A stretch of 64,000 nucleotides of DNA from NCBI GenBank assembly GCA_050115495.1, contig JASFQK010000001.1, positions 202,203 to 266,202 on the forward strand, given 5' to 3'. A model generated the notes under the pieces. It was not told the origin of the DNA. It made no database searches and saw nothing but the letters and a program-made list of their open reading frames with translations. The DNA is from Phycisphaerae bacterium (GTDB lineage: Bacteria; Planctomycetota; Phycisphaerae; UBA1845; Fen-1342). Made by a program: the position numbers and the translations under genes. This document shows positions 18,401-29,899 of the stretch, piece by piece. How positions within the stretch are numbered: the stretch's first letter is position 1; every line of letters starts with the position of its first letter.

Positions 18401-20056
18401 TCACGATTCGTCCGCCGCCACGTGAGCCAGCGTACGGGCGATCCGCGCCAGCGTTCGCTCCCGCCCGAGGATAGCCAGCGTGTCGAAGATCGGCGGACTG
18501 ATCGTCGAGCCCGTCACCGCGATGCGCAGCGGCTGAGCGACCTTGCCCAGGCCGAGGCCGTGCTGGTCGGCGTAGCCGCGGATGAGCGCTTCGAGCGGCG
18601 CCGGTTGCCAGTCGGGCAGCTCGGCCAGCGACGTCCGCATCGTTTGCAGAACCTGGATCCCCTGCCGCTCGCCCTTGAGCAGCCACTTCTTCACCGCGTC
18701 GGCGTCGTAGGTGACGTCCTCATCCGGGCGGAACAGGATGGCGCTCTTGAACTCGATGTCGCGGAACGTGCGCACGCCGGGGTTGATCTGAATCAGCCGC
18801 ACGAGCGTCTCGTCGTCGAGGGTGGCCAGCGGGCCGGGTCCGTTGACCTGGATGTAATCGCGCAGGCCGGCGAGACGGCGCTCGTCGGACTCGGCAGCCA
18901 TCGCGGTCGTGTTGAAGCTCAGCAGCTTGTCGCGGTCGAAGCGGGCGTTAGTCTTGCCGATGCGGTCGACGGTGAACAAGTCGCACATCTCGTCGAGTGT
19001 CATCTTCTCGCGGTCGCCGCCGGGCGACCAACCGAGCAGGCCGATGAAGTTGACGATCACCTCGGGCAGGTAGCCGCTGACGCGGAAGTCGTGGATCTGG
19101 ATCTCGGGCAGAACGACGTCCAGGGTGCGGGCCAGCGCCTGGAGCCCCTCATCGTCGAGCGGGGCCTGACCGTCGCGCCAGGCCTTGAACGTGTCGGCAT
19201 CGGCGCGGGCGATCGAGCGGGCCCGCTCTTCGTCGAGCCGTCCGGCTGCCAGCGCCGCGGGCAGTGCGGCCCGCACCGCCTTGTCCTTCTCCCGCTTGCT
19301 CATCTTCGAGCCGTCCATGTTGAAGATGATGGGCAGGTGGGCATAGACCGGGCAGCGATAGCCGAGCGCCTCCTGAAGGCCCAGGTGGTTCGGCGTGTTC
19401 ATCAGGTGCTCCTGACCGCGGAGCACGTGCGTGATACCCATGGCCTCGTCGTCGACCACCACGGCGAAGTGGTACGTCGGCCAGCCGTCGGCCTTGACGA
19501 TCACGAAATCGTCGAGCTCTTCGGCGGCGATGCGCACGTCGCCGAGGATGACGTCCGGAACGACGAAGTCGCGGTCTTTTTTCTTGAAGCGGATGACGAC
19601 GGGGCGGCCTTCGGCCCGGGCCCGATCGGCCTCGGCCTCACTGGGGAAGCGCTCCGGTCGCGGATAGCGGAACGTGCGCTTCTGTTTCTGCGCCTCGCGC
19701 CGCATGGCGTCGAGCTCTTCGCGCGTCTCGAAGGCGTAATAGGCCCGGCCGGCGTCGAGTAGCTGTCGGGCGATGGCGCCGTAGCGGTCGAGCCGCTGGC
19801 TCTGGTGGTACGGTCCAAGATCGCCGCCCACCTCGGGCCCCTCGTCCCAGTGCAGGCCGAGCCAACGCAGGTCGTCCAGCAGCCGTCGGTCTGCTTCGGC
19901 GATGTTGCGGGTCTGGTCGGTATCCTCGATGCGCAGGACGAACCGGCCGCCCAGCCGGCGGGCCAGCAGGTAGTTGAATAGGGCCGTGCGGGCCCCGCCG
20001 ATGTGCAGGTAGCCGGTCGGGGACGGGGCAAAACGGGTGCGGACGATATCGCTCAT
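18401..20056 (-). CDS. gltX: Glutamate--tRNA ligase
   Basis: RFAPSPTGYLHIGGARTAL, LRIEDTD, KMSKR. Confidence 0.97.
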   Translation of the reverse strand: MSDIVRTRFAPSPTGYLHIGGARTALFNYLLARRLGGRFVLRIEDTDQTRNIAEADRRLLDDLRWLGLHWDEGPEVGGDLGPYHQSQRLDRYGAIARQLLDAGRAYYAFETREELDAMRREAQKQKRTFRYPRPERFPSEAEADRARAEGRPVVIRFKKKDRDFVVPDVILGDVRIAAEELDDFVIVKADGWPTYHFAVVVDDEAMGITHVLRGQEHLMNTPNHLGLQEALGYRCPVYAHLPIIFNMDGSKMSKREKDKAVRAALPAALAAGRLDEERARSIARADADTFKAWRDGQAPLDDEGLQALARTLDVVLPEIQIHDFRVSGYLPEVIVNFIGLLGWSPGGDREKMTLDEMCDLFTVDRIGKTNARFDRDKLLSFNTTAMAAESDERRLAGLRDYIQVNGPGPLATLDDETLVRLIQINPGVRTFRDIEFKSAILFRPDEDVTYDADAVKKWLLKGERQGIQVLQTMRTSLAELPDWQPAPLEALIRGYADQHGLGLGKVAQPLRIAVTGSTISPPIFDTLAILGRERTLARIARTLAHVAADES

Positions 20057-20095
20057 GGGGGTCTCGCCAATGCTCGTGAAAGCCGTCCCGGCAGG

Positions 20096-21361
20096 CTACT
20101 CGACCCGGGCCTCGCGAGCAACGTGGATTCGCAGGCGGGTGATCTTGCGCGGTTCGGCGGCGAGCACGGCGAAGTGCACGTTGTCGTGATTGAACTCCTC
20201 GCCGGCAGTGGGGATCTTGCCGAGCGTGGAGAAAACGAACCCGCCGATGGTGTCGTAGTCCTCTTCTTCAGGGAGGTTGATGTCGAGGGCTTCGTTGATC
20301 TCGTCAACGTGGACGCGGCCGTCGACCTCGAGCGTGTCCGGATCGACTTGGTCGATGGCCGGGGCGGGCTGCTGGTCGTATTCGTCGTCGATCTCGCCGA
20401 CCAGCTCCTCGAGGATGTCCTCGATGGTGACTAGGCCGGCCGTGCCGCCGTACTCGTCCAGGACGATGGCGACCTGGACCTTGGTCTCGCGGAAGTCGTC
20501 GAGCAGGTCGGCGATGGACTTGGTCTCGGGCACGTACGGGGCGACGCGCATCACCTGGCGGGCGTCGAACTTGTCGCCGGCGTTGAGCCGGAGCAGGTCC
20601 TTCGCGTACAGCACGCCGATGATGTGGTCGACGGTCTCCTCGTAGACGGGGATACGCGAGTGCCCGCCGGAGAGGATGACGTTGCGGACCACGTCGAAGG
20701 TGGCCTCGGCCTGGACGGCGTCGAGGTCGGTGCGCGGGGTCATGATTTCGCTGACGGCGGTGTCGTCAAGCCGGAAGACGGACTCGATGATCTCGACCTG
20801 GTCCTCGTCGACGGCGCCGGCGGCTTCGCCCTCCTGGACGACTTCGAGGATCTCCTGCTCCAGCCGCTCGTTCTCGTCGTCCTCGGTCGGCTCAGCCTTG
20901 CCGAGCAGCCGGCGGGTGATGAATTCGAGTCCGCCGAGCGACCAGGCGATCGGCCACAGCACCGTGCGCAAGCCGATGAGCACGTGCAGACTGGCCGAGA
21001 CGACACTGTCGGCGACGTGCAGCGCGAGGGCGTGTGGAATGCCAACCGCCAGCGGCAGAAGCAATACGAGGGCGATGAGGGGCGGGATCAATAGAAATCC
21101 CGTCCCCTGGCTGGCCGGGTTGTCCTGCAGATACCAGGCGTAAACGCAGATGACGACGCCGGTTATGGCCGCGACCCGCACGAAGCCGGTGAGCCCCTGG
21201 AGTTGAGACTCGTGCTCTTCGAGCCAGTCGAGCCAGCGCCGCGAGCCATTCCGGTTCAACCGTTCAGACAGCCGCGAGCGCGAGTAGTCGCGTAGGGCGT
21301 ACGCCAGAGTGGACATATACAGGGTCAGCCCGAGCAGGAGCAGACCCACTGCGTATATCAA
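20096..21361 (-). CDS. Hemolysin/CorC family protein (CNNM-CBS-CBS-CorC)
   Basis: TM region, IMTPRTD, HSRIPVY, DEYGGTAGLVTIEDILEELVGEIDDEYD. Confidence 0.93.
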   Translation of the reverse strand: MIYAVGLLLLGLTLYMSTLAYALRDYSRSRLSERLNRNGSRRWLDWLEEHESQLQGLTGFVRVAAITGVVICVYAWYLQDNPASQGTGFLLIPPLIALVLLLPLAVGIPHALALHVADSVVSASLHVLIGLRTVLWPIAWSLGGLEFITRRLLGKAEPTEDDENERLEQEILEVVQEGEAAGAVDEDQVEIIESVFRLDDTAVSEIMTPRTDLDAVQAEATFDVVRNVILSGGHSRIPVYEETVDHIIGVLYAKDLLRLNAGDKFDARQVMRVAPYVPETKSIADLLDDFRETKVQVAIVLDEYGGTAGLVTIEDILEELVGEIDDEYDQQPAPAIDQVDPDTLEVDGRVHVDEINEALDINLPEEEDYDTIGGFVFSTLGKIPTAGEEFNHDNVHFAVLAAEPRKITRLRIHVAREARVE

Positions 21362-21465
21362 CCCCTCTCTCCGACACGGCGTGAAGGGCGTGGCCTACCG
21401 CGCAAGCCAAGGCGTCCTTCGTCAGTTATGAGTAACTATATCGGTTAGCGGGCGTGACCCGCAAC

Positions 21466-22716
21466 CTATGTTTGATCGATGGGTTCGCTGTTGGGGGAAT
21501 TGCCGAGGCAACGGGCCAGGGCGTCGCGAAGGCCGAGGTTATCGGCGGTAGCGGCGTGTTCGAGCAGGCCGCGCTGTCGGACCGTGAACGCTCCTGGTTG
21601 CTCCAATCGCCCCTCATCACGCCCCAGGCCGGCGAGAAGGGCGGTGGCGAGGTCGTCCAAGCCGGTACCCTGAAGAGCCGACACGGCTGTGACACGCTCA
21701 CGCCAGGCGGGCGGAAGTGTCGCAACGGCGACGTTGTCCACTCCGCCAAGGTCGGCTTTGTTGAGGACAACACAGGTCGGAACAAGGCCGGCGAGATCGG
21801 CAAGAAATGCGCGGGTCTCGGATGCGGCCAGCTCCGTACCGTCCAGGACGACGACCACGGACCGAGCCTGATCGAGAAGGTCGCGCGTTCGGCGGGCGGC
21901 TTCGGCCTCGATGCCGGCGGCGCCGGGACGCAGGCCCGCCGTGTCCACCCAGACGACCGGGAAGCCGCGCACCTGACCCGGCACATCCAGCCAGTCGCGC
22001 GTCGTGCCCGGGCGGGCGGAGACGAGGCTCACCGCCTGATCGGCCAGAGCGTTGGCCAGTGTCGACTTGCCGGCGTTGGGCGGCCCGACCAGGACGACCG
22101 GCGTTGGCTGCGAGAACCACTCGGCCACCTCGAAGCCGGCCGCCAACTCGCGGCAGGTTTGCTGCCGGCGGTCGAGCGGTCCGGGCGCCTGCAAAGCCCG
22201 GAGCGCCGCGCGCAGGCGGGGGACCTGCTGCAACAGCCAGTGTGCCCCGCGCAACGTCACCATGCGCGGCAGCAGGGCGTGCGCTTCCTGGTCGAGCAGG
22301 TCGAAGCCGGGCCAGAGCGGCTCAGTCGCGGCAGGCGCTTCCTCGACGCCGACGGCGCGGAGCATCTCGCGGCAGCGACTGATCACCCACGGGCTGCCAT
22401 GTGTGTGCAGACGAACGTCCCAGTCCGGCGGCGCGACGTGCACTGTCACGAGGACATCGTCGATATGCCGGCCGTCATCGTCGAGCAGTTCGGCGGGCAC
22501 GATCGGGCCGACGGTCCAGGGCGAGCCGCCGGCGGCGCGGGCCCGTACGTAACGGTCGAGGAACCACCCGGCGCCCGGTCCGCGCACGCGGAGGACGGCG
22601 ACCGCCGACGGTCCGGGGCTGGTGAGCAGGGTGAAGCTGCTGTCGCCGGTGGCTGGGCTGGAAGGGCTGTCGGCGGGCACGGCGATCCTGCCGGGCGGGC
22701 GCGGGGCTTCGGTCAT
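21466..22716 (-). CDS. TrmE/MnmE-like GTPase with an atypical C-terminus
   Basis: TSPGPSAVAVLRVRGP, HTHGS, GPPNAGKST, GTTRD, DTAG, NKAD; no C-terminal FCxGK. Confidence 0.8.
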   Translation of the reverse strand: MTEAPRPPGRIAVPADSPSSPATGDSSFTLLTSPGPSAVAVLRVRGPGAGWFLDRYVRARAAGGSPWTVGPIVPAELLDDDGRHIDDVLVTVHVAPPDWDVRLHTHGSPWVISRCREMLRAVGVEEAPAATEPLWPGFDLLDQEAHALLPRMVTLRGAHWLLQQVPRLRAALRALQAPGPLDRRQQTCRELAAGFEVAEWFSQPTPVVLVGPPNAGKSTLANALADQAVSLVSARPGTTRDWLDVPGQVRGFPVVWVDTAGLRPGAAGIEAEAARRTRDLLDQARSVVVVLDGTELAASETRAFLADLAGLVPTCVVLNKADLGGVDNVAVATLPPAWRERVTAVSALQGTGLDDLATALLAGLGRDEGRLEQPGAFTVRQRGLLEHAATADNLGLRDALARCLGNSPNSEPIDQT

Positions 22717-23495
22717 TCTGCTGCGGCGACGGCGTGCTGATAGGTCAGGGCGATGCCGAGCAGGCACAGGTCGGGGATGACGGCGTCGATGAAATCAGCC
22801 AGTCCGCTGACCAGCAGCGCGTTGCCGCCGGTGACGACGAGCCGCGGCCATTCGCGCAGCTCCGTGGCGAAGCGCTCGACGACTTCGCGCAGGGCGCCAG
22901 CGGCGGCGTAGCAGACGCCGTTGACGATGGCGTCGTGCGTATTGCGAGCGAAGGGGCCGTTGGGCGCCGCGGGCGTGACGCGCGGCAACTGGGCCGTGTG
23001 GTCGTAGAGGGCCTCGCAGGACATGTCGAGGCCGGGGAGGATGACGCCGCCGAGGAAGCTCCCGTCGGCGGAGACGCAGTCGATGGTCGTGGCCGTGCCG
23101 AACGACGCGACGGCACAGGTGCCGCGCGTGCGGTCCCAGGCGGCGGCGGCGCAGCAGACGCGGTCGACACCGACTTCGAGCGGATTGTCGATCTCCAGGG
23201 GCAGCGGCAGCGGCAGGTCATCGCGCACGCGGAAGGCGGCGAGCCCGCAGCGCTCCTCGACGAGGGTGGCGAAGCGGCCGGTCGTTTCCGGCGCGACGCT
23301 GCCGAGGACGGCTTGCGTAGGGGTGCGGCCAGCCGCCTGGCAGATGGCGTCGAGCGCCACCGGCCACGTGTTCGGCTGGGCGGTCGGCACGCGCTGCACG
23401 TGGTGCAGCCCTTCGGCGTCCCATACGGCCAGGCCGATGCGCGAGTTACCAATATCGATGACCAGCAGCGAGTCGGCTGGCTGCGCTCGTTTCAT
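22713..23495 (-). CDS. coaX: Type III pantothenate kinase
   Basis: IDIGNSR, VGVDR, FGTATTID, GGVILPG, TGG. Confidence 0.93.
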   Translation of the reverse strand: MKRAQPADSLLVIDIGNSRIGLAVWDAEGLHHVQRVPTAQPNTWPVALDAICQAAGRTPTQAVLGSVAPETTGRFATLVEERCGLAAFRVRDDLPLPLPLEIDNPLEVGVDRVCCAAAAWDRTRGTCAVASFGTATTIDCVSADGSFLGGVILPGLDMSCEALYDHTAQLPRVTPAAPNGPFARNTHDAIVNGVCYAAAGALREVVERFATELREWPRLVVTGGNALLVSGLADFIDAVIPDLCLLGIALTYQHAVAAAE

Positions 23496-24652
23496 TCCTG
23501 CGGGTCCTCTTCGTCAGGCGGCGGTGCGTCCGGCGCCGGCGCCGACTCGTCCATTGTATCTTCGGCGGGTACATTGTCGCCAAGCGCCGGGCCGAGGTCG
23601 ACCAGCGGCGGCTCGATGCTCCGCTCGTGCTGGCGGACTTCCTGCACGAGCGTCCACGTGGCCTCGGTCAATTCGCGCAGGCCATGTCCACTTACGCCGG
23701 AGATGCCGAACACGGGCACGTCGAGCTGCTCGCGCAACTTGGCGAGGGCGTCTTCGGCGCCGGTGAGGTCGAGCTTGGTGCCGACGACCAGCTCGTCGCG
23801 GGCGCCGAGCGCGGGGCTGTGCTTTTCGAGCTCCTGGCGGATGACGGCGTACGCCTCGGCGGGGGACGGGCTGCCTTCAGGAGGGCACAGATCGACGAGG
23901 TGGAGAATGACGCGCGTGCGCTCGACGTGGCGCAGGAATGCGTCGCCGAGCCCGGCGCCTTCGTGTGCCCCCTGGATCAGACCGGGAATGTCGGCGAAGA
24001 CGAGTCGGCGAAAGCCGGGCAACTCGGCGATGCCCAGTTGCGGTTCGAGCGTCGTGAACGGATAGGCGGCGATCTTCGGCCGCGCGCGGGTCAGACGCGA
24101 CAGCAGCGTGCTCTTGCCGGCGTTGGGCAGGCCGACGAGGCCGACGTCGGCGATGAGCCGCAGTTCGAGGCGGAGCGTGCGTTCGTGACCGGCGCGGCCG
24201 GGCGTGGTTTCGCGCGGCGTCTGGTGCGTCGCCGAGACGAAGCGCAGGTTCCCATAACCACCGCTGCCACCCATGGCCACGCGCACCCGCTGGCCGTCGT
24301 CGACGAGGTCCTTGAGCAGCCGGCCGGACTCGGCGTCGTAGACGAGCGTGCCGGTCGGGACGGCGACTTCGAGGTCCTTGCCGCAACGGCCGGTGCAGTT
24401 GGCGCCGGAGCCGGGCCGGCCGTTCTCGGCCCGGTAATGATGGCGTCCGGCGAGATCCAGCAGCGTATCGATGCCGGCGTGGGCGACGAGATAGACCGAT
24501 CCGCCGCGGCCGCCATCGGCTCCGTCGGGTCCGCCCTTGGGGACGTACTTTTCCCGGCGGAAGCTGAGGCAGCCATCGCCACCTCTTCCGCCGCGGACGT
24601 GGATGACGACTTCGTCCACGAAGAGTCGGGTTGTACCGGTCGCACGCGCCAT
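23492..24652 (-). CDS. obg: GTPase Obg (start approximate)
   Basis: FVDEV...GGDGCLSFRREKYVPKGGPDG, GLPNAGKST, YPFTTL, DIPGLI. Confidence 0.96.
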   Translation of the reverse strand: MARATGTTRLFVDEVVIHVRGGRGGDGCLSFRREKYVPKGGPDGADGGRGGSVYLVAHAGIDTLLDLAGRHHYRAENGRPGSGANCTGRCGKDLEVAVPTGTLVYDAESGRLLKDLVDDGQRVRVAMGGSGGYGNLRFVSATHQTPRETTPGRAGHERTLRLELRLIADVGLVGLPNAGKSTLLSRLTRARPKIAAYPFTTLEPQLGIAELPGFRRLVFADIPGLIQGAHEGAGLGDAFLRHVERTRVILHLVDLCPPEGSPSPAEAYAVIRQELEKHSPALGARDELVVGTKLDLTGAEDALAKLREQLDVPVFGISGVSGHGLRELTEATWTLVQEVRQHERSIEPPLVDLGPALGDNVPAEDTMDESAPAPDAPPPDEEDPQE

Positions 24653-24786
24653 GGGCATGGAGTGCAACGCGGGCGCGGGCGAATGTCAAGGGACGCGATT
24701 CGCGCGCGGCGGAAGCCGGCGGTGGGCGTTCGACGGACCCGGCGGAGGCACGGCTGGCGGCTGCTCCAGGGAGATCTCGCTCGCAA

Positions 24787-25611
24787 TCAGGGCGATTGTT
24801 CTTCGCGCTGGAGTCCGGTTTCGAGTATCAGGATTTCGATGCCGTCACGATCTCGGTAAACGATGTAACGTTCGTCGGCGGACCAGCAGGGTATCAGGTT
24901 GCTGTCGTGCGCTGTCGTCCAAGGCAGCACGATTGGCTGGCCCACGGCGCTGGCGTCTGTGCGCATGAATAGCTCCTGATAGTGCGTTCCTCTCGCGCCC
25001 CTGCCGCCCCCAAACATGAGCATCCCATCACCGCCTCGATCAAACGGGCCGTCCGCCGAGACGACAGCCACATACCCCCGCGAGGGCGAGGCGACTACCG
25101 CCATAACATACTTGCCTTTCGTCGGAGCGAGGTGACCTTCGTGCCGGAGACTGGTGTCGCCGTACGAGAACTGAAACGGCTCGATTGGCGCTGCATATTG
25201 GGCGAGACAGTCGCATACCTTGCTATCGGCCTCATCCCAGACCGCGCTGTCGACCGGGCTTAGTGCGAAGGCACCCGGTGTGTACAAGTAGACCGGGCCT
25301 GCGCACGCTGGTCGCGAAGCGGTGTCTTCAGGAGAGAAACGGGCGACTGCCTGGCCGGTCGTCATGCGCCACAGCAGCAGGTTCCCGCCAGTGTCGTCTC
25401 CGGCGCGGATCAGCAGGTCGTCACGTTGGCGCCAACCGGGTGTACGCAAGGGGACAATGAAGCTGGGGGTACGATCGGGTTCCGCGGGTTGGTCGATGGC
25501 CATCGTGCACGATGCAAGGTATAGCAGCAACGAAGGTCCGAACAGCACAGCCGACACGGCCGTCGCCGCCAGCAGAATCAGGGCCGTAATCCATGTTCGA
25601 CGTTTCGGCAT
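24787..25611 (-). CDS. Hypothetical membrane-anchored or exported protein
   Basis: N-terminal hydrophobic segment; no recognisable family. Confidence 0.55.
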   Translation of the reverse strand: MPKRRTWITALILLAATAVSAVLFGPSLLLYLASCTMAIDQPAEPDRTPSFIVPLRTPGWRQRDDLLIRAGDDTGGNLLLWRMTTGQAVARFSPEDTASRPACAGPVYLYTPGAFALSPVDSAVWDEADSKVCDCLAQYAAPIEPFQFSYGDTSLRHEGHLAPTKGKYVMAVVASPSRGYVAVVSADGPFDRGGDGMLMFGGGRGARGTHYQELFMRTDASAVGQPIVLPWTTAHDSNLIPCWSADERYIVYRDRDGIEILILETGLQREEQSP

Positions 25612-26065
25612 GCGCACGACGTCAACTCGCGATGCTCAGGGCTGTTATGTGTCGGCCGGGCCAGCGCTGATGGTGCATAACCGCGAGCATGGTTATCCGA
25701 CGTTGGCGTGGCATCGGCCTCTCCCCGTTTTCTCTAAGGTCGCCGCTGCACTGAACGAGTGTCTTACGCGCCCGACACAACATGCGATTACCCCACGGAC
25801 GAGACACTGCGCGGTCCCCATGCGGAGGAACAAGGCAAACGCCCGATCTCGTTTCTCCTGCCCGTATCATAATGCTCGCTGTGCCGCGGGGGAATGGGGC
25901 GGACGCGGCGACCCGCGGGGCCGGTCCGCAGGGCCGGCGTCGGGCGTGCTTTATCCGCGCAGCGCGTTGCTTCCGAGACCGTTTTCCGTTGGAATGGTGG
26001 ACGCCGGGCGACCGGGTGGCCGGCGAACGCGAAACGGCGGTGCGGAGAGAAGCTGCCCTGAGGGA

Positions 26066-27436
<1,371 letters not shown>

Positions 27437-27553
27437 GCCGCCGAGCGACACGCCAGACGCACGGTGCCGCAAGGGCACCTGGGGTCCGATGCGTTTGTTG
27501 GCGATGTAAGAGGAGTGTGCCCAGGGCGCGCCCGGATCGGTTGCCGGTGTACG

Positions 27554-27629
27554 GTAGCGGTCGATCTCCGTGTCGGTCGCCGGTCCGGAGAGAACCAAGA
27601 CACTGGTGGGCGAGCCACCAGTGGCACCC
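27554..27629 (+). repeat. Composite palindromic repeat (GTAG hairpin plus CACTGGTGG-N5-CCACCAGTG-GCACCC), copy 1
   Basis: Same two-hairpin layout as 41362-41437. Confidence 0.85.
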
Positions 27630-27705
27630 GGCGAAAACGACACCGGTGGCCGGGCCATCGGTGACACTCGGCGCAGGTCACGCGCCGGTGATTGAAGGAG
27701 TGAGT

Positions 27706-29205
27706 ATGTCCGGCGAGAAATACGCCTCGTTTGCACAACGCATCCGCGAGTACCACGCCATCTGCTCAGCGCAGGGCGTGCTGGAATGGGACCAGATGAC
27801 CATGATGCCTGCGCAGGGCGCCCCCTGGCGGGCGGAGCAGATCGCGGCCATCGCCGGTCTGGCCCACGAGAAGCTGACCGATCCGGCGTTGGGCGAGGAG
27901 CTGGCGACCCTGACAAACGAGGCGGAGGCGGGCGGGCCGGAAGCGGCGACGAACGTGCGGGAGATGCGGCGTTTGTACGAGCGGGCGGTGCGCTTGCCGA
28001 AGCCGCTCGTGCAGGAGCTGGCCCGGACGACCTCGGTGGCGACGGACGTGTGGCAGGCGGCGCGGGCCGACGCGGACTTCCCGCGATTTGCGCCGCACCT
28101 GGAGCGTCTGCTCGAGCTGAAGCGCGAGGTGGCGGAACGGATCGGTTGGAAAACCGAGATGTACGACGCGCTGATGGACGAGTTCGAGCCCGGAGCCCGG
28201 GCCGCCGACGTGCAGCGCCTGTTCGACGCCCTGCGCGACGAGCTCGTGCCGCTGGCGGCGGCGCTGGCCGAAGCCCCGCGGCAGCCGAAGCTCAGCCTGC
28301 TGAAGCGGACCGCGCCGGTGGCCGGTCAGGCGGCGTTCAACCGCGTCGTGGCCGAGGCGATGGGTTTCGACTTCGCCGCCGGCCGGATGGACATCTCGAC
28401 GCACCCCTTCTGCACGGGCTTCTGGCCGCGTGACGTGCGCATCACCACGCGCTACGACGAGCAGGCCGTGGGCCAGTCGCTGTTCGGCGTGATGCACGAG
28501 ACGGGGCACGCCCTGTACGAGCAGGGGCTGAATCCCGAGCACGCCGGCACACCCATGGGCCAGCACGTCTCGCTCGGCATCCACGAGTCGCAGTCGCGGC
28601 TGTGGGAAAACCAGGTCGGTCGCTCGCGCGCCTTCTGGCAGCATTGGTTCCCCCGGTTCCAGCACCAGTTTCCGGCGTTCGCCGACGTGGCCGTGGACGA
28701 CTGGTACTTCGCGATCAACGCCGTGCGGCCGTCGCTGATCCGCGTGGAAGCGGACGAGGTCACCTACGGGCTGCACATCATGCTGCGCTTCGACCTCGAG
28801 CGGCAGATGCTGGACGGCCGGCTGGCGGTGAAGGACCTGCCAGAGGCGTGGAGTGAGGGGATCCGGAAGCTTCTGTCGGTCACGCCCAATGATGACGCCG
28901 AGGGCTGCCTCCAGGACATTCATTGGAGCCTGGGCACGTTCGGCTACTTCCCGACGTACCAGCTCGGCAACCTGTACGCGGCCCAGTTCTTCGCCGCGGC
29001 GCGGCGGGCTCTGCCCGACCTGGACCAGCAGTTGGCGCGTGGGGAGTTGTTGTCGTTGCGGGAGTGGTTGCAGGAGAACATCCACCGGCACGGGCAGCGT
29101 TATCGGGCGGGCGAACTGGTCGAACGGGTGACGGGTCAGCCGCTGTCACACGGCCCGTTCATGGCGTATCTGAAGGCGAAGCTTTGCCCGCTGTACGGGC
29201 TGTAG
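27706..29205 (+). CDS. Carboxypeptidase, M32 (Taq) family
   Basis: HPF, DVRITTRY, HETGH, GIHESQS, IRVEADE, QDIHW, GYFPTY. Confidence 0.96.
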   Translation: MSGEKYASFAQRIREYHAICSAQGVLEWDQMTMMPAQGAPWRAEQIAAIAGLAHEKLTDPALGEELATLTNEAEAGGPEAATNVREMRRLYERAVRLPKPLVQELARTTSVATDVWQAARADADFPRFAPHLERLLELKREVAERIGWKTEMYDALMDEFEPGARAADVQRLFDALRDELVPLAAALAEAPRQPKLSLLKRTAPVAGQAAFNRVVAEAMGFDFAAGRMDISTHPFCTGFWPRDVRITTRYDEQAVGQSLFGVMHETGHALYEQGLNPEHAGTPMGQHVSLGIHESQSRLWENQVGRSRAFWQHWFPRFQHQFPAFADVAVDDWYFAINAVRPSLIRVEADEVTYGLHIMLRFDLERQMLDGRLAVKDLPEAWSEGIRKLLSVTPNDDAEGCLQDIHWSLGTFGYFPTYQLGNLYAAQFFAAARRALPDLDQQLARGELLSLREWLQENIHRHGQRYRAGELVERVTGQPLSHGPFMAYLKAKLCPLYGL

Positions 29206-29233
29206 CCTGGCCGGCGGTCGGTCGGGGTGCGCC

Positions 29234-29485
29234 TCAGCAGACCGCTTCGACGCTCTTGATCTCCGGAATGCGCTCGCGAACGTAGCGCTCGACGCCCATC
29301 TTGAGCGTCATGGCGCTGTGGGGGCAGCCGACGCAGGCGCCTTGCAGGCGGACGTGGACGACGCCGTCGGTGATACTGACCAGTTCGATGTCGCCGCCGT
29401 CGCCCTGGATGTAGGGGCGGATACTCTCGATGACTTCGGCCACGCGCTGCTGGAGCGAGCCGTCTGATGCGCTCTGGTCTGCCAT
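29234..29485 (-). CDS. NifU/NfuA-like Fe-S carrier domain protein
   Basis: IRPYIQGDGGDIELV...GACVGCPHS. Confidence 0.93.
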   Translation of the reverse strand: MADQSASDGSLQQRVAEVIESIRPYIQGDGGDIELVSITDGVVHVRLQGACVGCPHSAMTLKMGVERYVRERIPEIKSVEAVC

Positions 29486-29899
29486 GCTGAAGGTGCTCCG
29501 TGAGAAGAGGGAGCCGGCTCGCCGCCGGCGGTAACGCCGTCTGAGGGGAGCTTACAGAATGGCTTGCGGGAGGACAAGGATGGGGGTGCGGGGAGGGAGC
29601 GGCCGGCCGCGCAGGATGTGCGCGTGAACCTGATCTCTGTGGTCGGGAATGGCCGTTCGGGGGCGGGGTGGCACACATTGGCTCGTGCCTGGCGCAGCGA
29701 TGGACGATACGAAAACTATCGAATTCGGGCACGCTTTGACCTTGTGCCCGGGTTCTCGGCCCCGCGCCGGGTGGCGGGGGCACATCCAACGGGTGCCTGT
29801 TGACGCGGACACGGCAGATCGGGCCCCGACCGGGCGACGTCGCCGGGCTAGGGGAGGTGCTGCGCGAATCGCGCGCACGCCAGGTCGCATGTTGCGAGG

